DNA of 64,000 nucleotides from a plasmid: sequence record NZ_CP024444.1; one strand, 5' to 3'. Shown piece by piece: positions 59,348 to 64,000 of this stretch (position 1 is its first letter; each line of letters starts with the position of its first letter). The notes under the pieces were generated by a model. It saw only the letters and a program-made list of their open reading frames with translations, ran no database searches and was not told where the DNA came from. The position numbers and the translations under genes were made by a program.

Positions 59348-59483
59348 GCCTAGCCATCAAGCCAAGCCACTTGATAGCTTAACAGCTAAATTATTAAAAA
59401 CCTATAAAACAATAAGTGCATACTATAGTAATCATGAGTATAATAGTATTCATTAATAGACATAAAGCCATCGAAGATTTTTA

Positions 59484-59777
59484 TTGGTTAAAGTCATGAG
59501 ATATATAAGAGTTAATGTGACAGATAATAGCGGCAATCGTTCTTCAACCACGATTAATGCTCAAATAGCCAAAACATGGGGGGCGTACCACGGCATATCT
59601 CATATCGTTGATAGTAATGAATACTATAAACAATTGACCAAAGCCTTGCGCGGACACATTACCACATTCTTAAAAGGCTTTGATAAGTCAGAAATAGAAT
59701 GTTTATTGATGCAAGACATCGAGCGCAAGATTATTGAGCATGAAAGACAAAAGAATAAGCAACCAAACTTGCTTTAA
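59484..59777 (+). CDS. hypothetical protein
   Basis: 97 aa ORF. Stop lies inside a 27-bp tandem duplication. Confidence 0.35.
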   Translation: MVKVMRYIRVNVTDNSGNRSSTTINAQIAKTWGAYHGISHIVDSNEYYKQLTKALRGHITTFLKGFDKSEIECLLMQDIERKIIEHERQKNKQPNLL

Positions 59778-59807
59778 GTAGAATAAGCAACCAAACTTGC
59801 TTTAAGT
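59753..59807 (+). repeat. 27-bp tandem direct duplication (GAATAAGCAACCAAACTTGCTTTAAGT x2)
   Basis: Two adjacent copies. The first contains the stop codon of the upstream ORF. Confidence 0.8.
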
Positions 59808-59867
59808 GCACAGTCCAACTATCGCATGAGTTTGATGGTAGTTGGCATTAATTATTAGTGAATAAAA

Positions 59868-60470
59868 TTGGCTTTACTTATGTATAGCGACTACCCTCGT
59901 CTTAAAAAATCCATCCGTTTTGTCAATTGCGACGACGCGATGGGTCAACTCGCACAAAGCTTTATCTTTGCATTGGGCGATAACCATTTTCCTAATCATT
60001 TGATAGCGTGGTACCAACGTACAGACGTCCAAAACACCCTAGCCAACACCCAAACCACGCTTGAAACCCTGTCACAACTACGCCCAAAATCCACCACCAG
60101 CGCAGTCAAACATGCCGATAACGCCCTACTTTCACTTGGTCAATTAGAAAGATTTTTAACGCCAGCCGATCTGCAATCACGCCAGCTATTTTTAACTCGC
60201 CTATCCCCAAAAGAACAACAACAATGGCAACAAGGCTATGAGCTGGTGGATGATAAAGGTATTGATATAGCGCGATTTCAGCAAGCATTTACAGGCTTAT
60301 TGGACTTTTTCTTGTCGGTGCAACGCATTGAATTGTTTGCTCAATTTCCCGAACTGATCCCGAGTGAAATCAAGCAACAAAACCATGAAAAACTTTTGCA
60401 AAAAACGGTACAACAGGCGCGTGAAGAGCGCAAACAGCCTAAAAAGAAAGTACCATTCGCCAATACATAA
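59868..60470 (+). CDS. hypothetical protein
   Basis: 200 aa ORF. No domain recognised. Confidence 0.4.
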   Translation: MALLMYSDYPRLKKSIRFVNCDDAMGQLAQSFIFALGDNHFPNHLIAWYQRTDVQNTLANTQTTLETLSQLRPKSTTSAVKHADNALLSLGQLERFLTPADLQSRQLFLTRLSPKEQQQWQQGYELVDDKGIDIARFQQAFTGLLDFFLSVQRIELFAQFPELIPSEIKQQNHEKLLQKTVQQAREERKQPKKKVPFANT

Positions 60471-60493
60471 ACATTTGACATAAGGAATTTGCT

Positions 60494-60940
60494 ATGTTTG
60501 ATATTCAAGTGCCACTTCCTGCTCAAGAAGTTATAACGCCCCACCACCCCTACAAGCATCATCGACTGGCTAAAGAAGTCATCCGAAAAATGGCACGATT
60601 GCTGGAAGATACACCGCAGCAAGTTAAGCAAGCTGTGATTGATGGCGACCAAACAGCCACCTTGATTTTTTGGTTAGAGTTTTATAAAAATCCCATTCAT
60701 CGTGCTTATAATCAACTGGTTTACTGCCATCACTGTGATAGATTTGCCCTAAATCTGACCAATAACACCAGTATGACGGGTATTGGGGTAAGCTTTGCCA
60801 AACTGCCATTGTTGTATGACAAAATTGCCGCGTTACAAACCAAAAATTTTCATACTATTCTTACAACGCTTGAAGATTTTGTGTGTACTCATGCGGTAAT
60901 TAAAGTCGATAAGCTGCGCTTAAGTGAGTTTATGTTATAA
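60494..60940 (+). CDS. hypothetical protein
   Basis: 148 aa ORF with an AAGGAAT RBS. Confidence 0.4.
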   Translation: MFDIQVPLPAQEVITPHHPYKHHRLAKEVIRKMARLLEDTPQQVKQAVIDGDQTATLIFWLEFYKNPIHRAYNQLVYCHHCDRFALNLTNNTSMTGIGVSFAKLPLLYDKIAALQTKNFHTILTTLEDFVCTHAVIKVDKLRLSEFML

Positions 60941-61183
60941 CTGATTGATAGGTTTATGCTAATTCATTCTGTAATTATTGCGATTTATTTGGTAATGGGT
61001 ATCTACAAAAACAACATTAGTTTGTTTATGTTTGACTTTTCAACATCTAATATTTTATAACCTATTGTAAAATTTGTGCTAATATAATAAAGAAATATCT
61101 AGCTATTGACAAAATTAACAAAGGGATTAAAACGGTTCATGAGTTGCATAAAGCTCATTAGGTTACAAGGAATTTAAAAGTAA

Positions 61184-62659
61184 ATGTTGGCCGAACGTAA
61201 CGACGAAAGACACCTTGGATGTAATCAGGATGATAATCTCGACTTGTTCCAGGATGATCCAATTGGTAGAGAATTAATTGCAGACTTCCCTAGTCTTGCT
61301 ACGCCCACACAAAGCCCAAAGCCACAAGCCAGTAAGCCAAAACGCCCACGCAAAAAAACCAAGCCAGCTGCCGTAGAAAGTGAACAAGATGCAAGAGCAT
61401 TAGAACCCATCGACGACAACGTTTATTCGGTTGCAGTGACGGGTGAAAAAGGTTTATCGATACGGGTACGTCCGACAGGTAGTAAAGAGTATCGGTTTCG
61501 TTATGCCCATCCAACAAGTAAAGAGCGTATAGTCATCACCCTTGGCAAAGTAGGTATCGATACCCTAGATAGCATCCGTAAAACTGCAGTCACGTATCGA
61601 AAGTTATTAGCCCAAGGCATTGATCCAAGAGGGCCTAATAGCCACACTTATATTATTGCCGCGCCTGAAGGCATCATGACTTTTGCCGATGTCGCCCAGC
61701 TGTGGCTTACACAAAAACAATCAGGTAAGCGCAAATATTCGGCAAATACTGTGCTGTATTGGGAACGTTGCATCCGTTACCTAAATGAGTATATCGGTGA
61801 TAAATACATTGATACTATTGAGCCAATGGATTTATTAAACGCCATCTATCGCGTGCAAAACAATGATGCGCCCACCACAGGGCAACACATGCGCCAATAT
61901 GCTGAAGATATTTTCAGTTTTGCACTCACTCGTAAGCTGGTTAATTCAAATACGGCCTTACAGATAAGAGGGCAACTATTACCAGTCGGTTCGGTACGCC
62001 ACCACCCTGCGATTACCAAGCCCGATGAATTTGCCAACTTGATGTATGACCTACATCATCCAGCTGAAATATTGGGTGAAAAGCATCGGGTGAGTGAACT
62101 AACCCTATTGTGCTTACAAATACTGCCGCACCTTTATCCGCGTTCGATTGATATGCGCTCGATGGTATGGTCGGATATCAGTTTTACCGACAAGCTTTGG
62201 ATATTTAGTCCCAAAAAAGGTGAAGGTCGTGAGGATATGGTGGATAACTTAATCGTGCCATTATCAGAACCCGTTCTAGCCTTACTTGAGCAATTAAAGT
62301 CGATTAACGGCAATAAGCCCTATGTATTTAACTCTAAGAGCAAAGCCAGTAATACATTTATTGACCGCAGCCCATTGAATGTGACTCTTGATCGTCTAGG
62401 TTATGCCAATCGCCAATGCCCACATGGGTTTAGAGCCAGTGCTAAAACCATGCAAATGGAAGTAAGAGGGCTGCGTTACAACGCGATGCTGACTGAAATG
62501 CAATTGGGCCACAAAATAGCTGACTTGCATGGCACTGCGTATAACCGTTTAGATGAAATCGATGCTCGAATTGAAATGATGCAAAACTGGTCACGGTTGC
62601 TCGACAGTATGTCCCATCACCAAAATTGGCAGGCAGTATATTACGGGGATGAACAATGA
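61184..62659 (+). CDS. int: tyrosine recombinase / phage-type integrase (P4-like, with N-terminal arm-binding domain)
   Basis: N-terminal Arm-type motif (LSIRVRPTGSKEYRFRY). C-terminal catalytic domain with HGFRASAKT, LGH and a Tyr-containing tail (HGTAYNR). The true start may be downstream of 61184. Confidence 0.75.
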   Translation: MLAERNDERHLGCNQDDNLDLFQDDPIGRELIADFPSLATPTQSPKPQASKPKRPRKKTKPAAVESEQDARALEPIDDNVYSVAVTGEKGLSIRVRPTGSKEYRFRYAHPTSKERIVITLGKVGIDTLDSIRKTAVTYRKLLAQGIDPRGPNSHTYIIAAPEGIMTFADVAQLWLTQKQSGKRKYSANTVLYWERCIRYLNEYIGDKYIDTIEPMDLLNAIYRVQNNDAPTTGQHMRQYAEDIFSFALTRKLVNSNTALQIRGQLLPVGSVRHHPAITKPDEFANLMYDLHHPAEILGEKHRVSELTLLCLQILPHLYPRSIDMRSMVWSDISFTDKLWIFSPKKGEGREDMVDNLIVPLSEPVLALLEQLKSINGNKPYVFNSKSKASNTFIDRSPLNVTLDRLGYANRQCPHGFRASAKTMQMEVRGLRYNAMLTEMQLGHKIADLHGTAYNRLDEIDARIEMMQNWSRLLDSMSHHQNWQAVYYGDEQ

Positions 62660-63540
62660 ATTTGTTAAAATTGGTGGTTTATACCTCCGCAATACTACTA
62701 TGCGCTTGCCGGGTGGATAGTCAAAGTACGCAAAGTGCCGTCACACATATTTCTAAAAATATAGAAACCACACGCGAGCAAGCTAAAGTCTTAAGTCAGG
62801 CTGCAGGCTATGACCCAAGCAATCAGGCGACAGCCGCGGCTAATTCAGTGAACAGCTCGCCAGTACGTGCGCCAAACCAATGCAATGACATGCTGTATCA
62901 AGGCATTCAGCCAAAGCTACCCAGCTCATTGAATGAAAACACCACCCCTCTTTGTTATACAGGGTTTATGGTACTGTATTCAGGTGTTAGCCGAACGCCA
63001 TTATGGTCAGCCGAGCACCTAACTGTCGATAGACTTAACAAAGCCCAACAGTTAGAACGGGTAGATAATTTCCATGAGGATTTAAACTTACCTGAAGACC
63101 AACGGGCTCGCTTATCCGATTACACGGGTACAGGTTTCGATCGTGGGCATTTAGCACCGAATGCCGACATGCCCGATACCCAAACCCAATATGAAAGTTT
63201 TGGTTTATCAAACATCGTGCCACAAAACCCACAAAGCAACCGCAAGTCATGGGCAGACTTAGAAAAGCTGGTGCGCTCGATGACCAAACACAGCCAAGAA
63301 AGTTATGTGGTAACGGGGGTTAGCTTTACAGGCACTCGGGTGCTTAAAATTAAAAACCATGTGTTTGTACCAAGCCATCTTTATAAAGCCGTGTATTTCC
63401 CGACGCGAGGGCAAGGCATGGCTTTCATCGCGCCAAACAATGACAGCAATCAGGTATACAAAGTCACGTTGGCTCAATTAACCCAGCAGCTAGGTGTTGA
63501 CCCATTTCCAAACTTATCACCATCTCAAAAAGCCCAATAA
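62656..63540 (+). CDS. secreted DNA/RNA non-specific endonuclease (Serratia NucA / DRGH family), lipoprotein
   Basis: Signal/lipobox LLCAC. Active-site motif GFDRGHLAPNAD. Confidence 0.75.
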   Translation: MNLLKLVVYTSAILLCACRVDSQSTQSAVTHISKNIETTREQAKVLSQAAGYDPSNQATAAANSVNSSPVRAPNQCNDMLYQGIQPKLPSSLNENTTPLCYTGFMVLYSGVSRTPLWSAEHLTVDRLNKAQQLERVDNFHEDLNLPEDQRARLSDYTGTGFDRGHLAPNADMPDTQTQYESFGLSNIVPQNPQSNRKSWADLEKLVRSMTKHSQESYVVTGVSFTGTRVLKIKNHVFVPSHLYKAVYFPTRGQGMAFIAPNNDSNQVYKVTLAQLTQQLGVDPFPNLSPSQKAQ

Positions 63541-63557
63541 CTACGAGTGTACCCACT

Positions 63558-63848
63558 ATGAACATGCAACAACAGGTGTATCTAAGATTCGCTGAATTGT
63601 GTGCTGAAATTTCCTGTATCAGCAGTCGTCGGCTACAGGTGGCTATGATTGATAGTCATAGCAAAAACGACCAAGATGACATTTTAAAACTCCATCGCCT
63701 GCTAGACAGTTTTCATGCCATGATAGAGGTGTTAAACACCGAAACCGACTTAGGTTATATAGCCGATCAAGCCGCTATTAGTGCCAAAGTTGACAAGTTA
63801 AAGCAATATTTTAAAGATGCTAATCATGAGAAAGGCTCAAATAATTAA
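63558..63848 (+). CDS. hypothetical small protein downstream of the nuclease (possible inhibitor/immunity protein)
   Basis: 96 aa, acidic, directly after the secreted nuclease gene. No recognised domain. Confidence 0.3.
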   Translation: MNMQQQVYLRFAELCAEISCISSRRLQVAMIDSHSKNDQDDILKLHRLLDSFHAMIEVLNTETDLGYIADQAAISAKVDKLKQYFKDANHEKGSNN

Positions 63849-64000
63849 GACATTTAAAGGTAAGCCATGACCGACCAAACCATCACCCAAACCAGTGAAC
63901 ACGATTTTAACACCCAAGAGATTATTTTGTCTGAACCGATGCGCTATGTTGTATCTTTGGTCAGAAAATACCAAAAGGTAAGCTTAAGAACCGCCGTTAT

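Overview
This is an AT-rich (about 40% GC) Moraxellaceae / Acinetobacter-like window. It is a mosaic of housekeeping operons, accessory genes and at least 12 insertion-sequence elements or IS fragments.

Left to right:
- A histidine-utilisation (hut) operon, flanked by two copies of one IS3-family element.
- A GC-rich APH(3') kanamycin/neomycin-type resistance gene, sitting between 171-bp direct repeats of a truncated IS end.
- An EEP-domain membrane protein; a 579-bp IS701-like MITE inserted against a 5'-truncated IS150-like IS3-family element; and a divergent AAC(3)-I-like gene that looks like an integron cassette, with its attC cut by an IS427-group IS5 element.
- A formamidase cluster (fmdA-fmdB plus a permease), a vapBC-type TA pair and a serine resolvase.
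- A nested IS scrapyard: a third, degenerate copy of the IS3-family element inserted into an IS256-family remnant, next to an IS5-family IS.
- A small IS-bounded island of RHH/HNH/unknown proteins.
- An IS1-family element; a UvrD-like helicase, a PriB/SSB-like OB-fold protein and an 884-aa Toprim protein (a mobile-element replication module).
- A Tn5393-derived strA-strB fragment (GC-rich) fused to a MOBQ-like oriT/mobC and a truncated Rep_3 replication gene, interrupted by another IS3-family element.
- A six-gene operon of three TerY-like vWA proteins, a TerD-family protein, a PP2C phosphatase and a Ser/Thr kinase. This is a TerY-P-type phospho-signalling / putative antiphage system with an expanded architecture, and is the most interesting locus.
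- A TonB_C lipoprotein and an Aes-like esterase.
- A divergent NrtR regulator next to an SPFH/band-7 protein and a NAD-kinase-like protein.
- tetR(H)-tet(H) with two tetO operators, and an IS1-family IS with perfect 25-bp terminal inverted repeats. A 113-bp MITE derived from this IS also sits inside the hut operon.
- An AT-rich block of small unknown ORFs, a P4-type tyrosine integrase and a secreted DRGH-type non-specific nuclease followed by a small ORF.

No rRNA, tRNA or CRISPR array was recognised. All calls are from sequence reading and recalled protein families; no database search was run.
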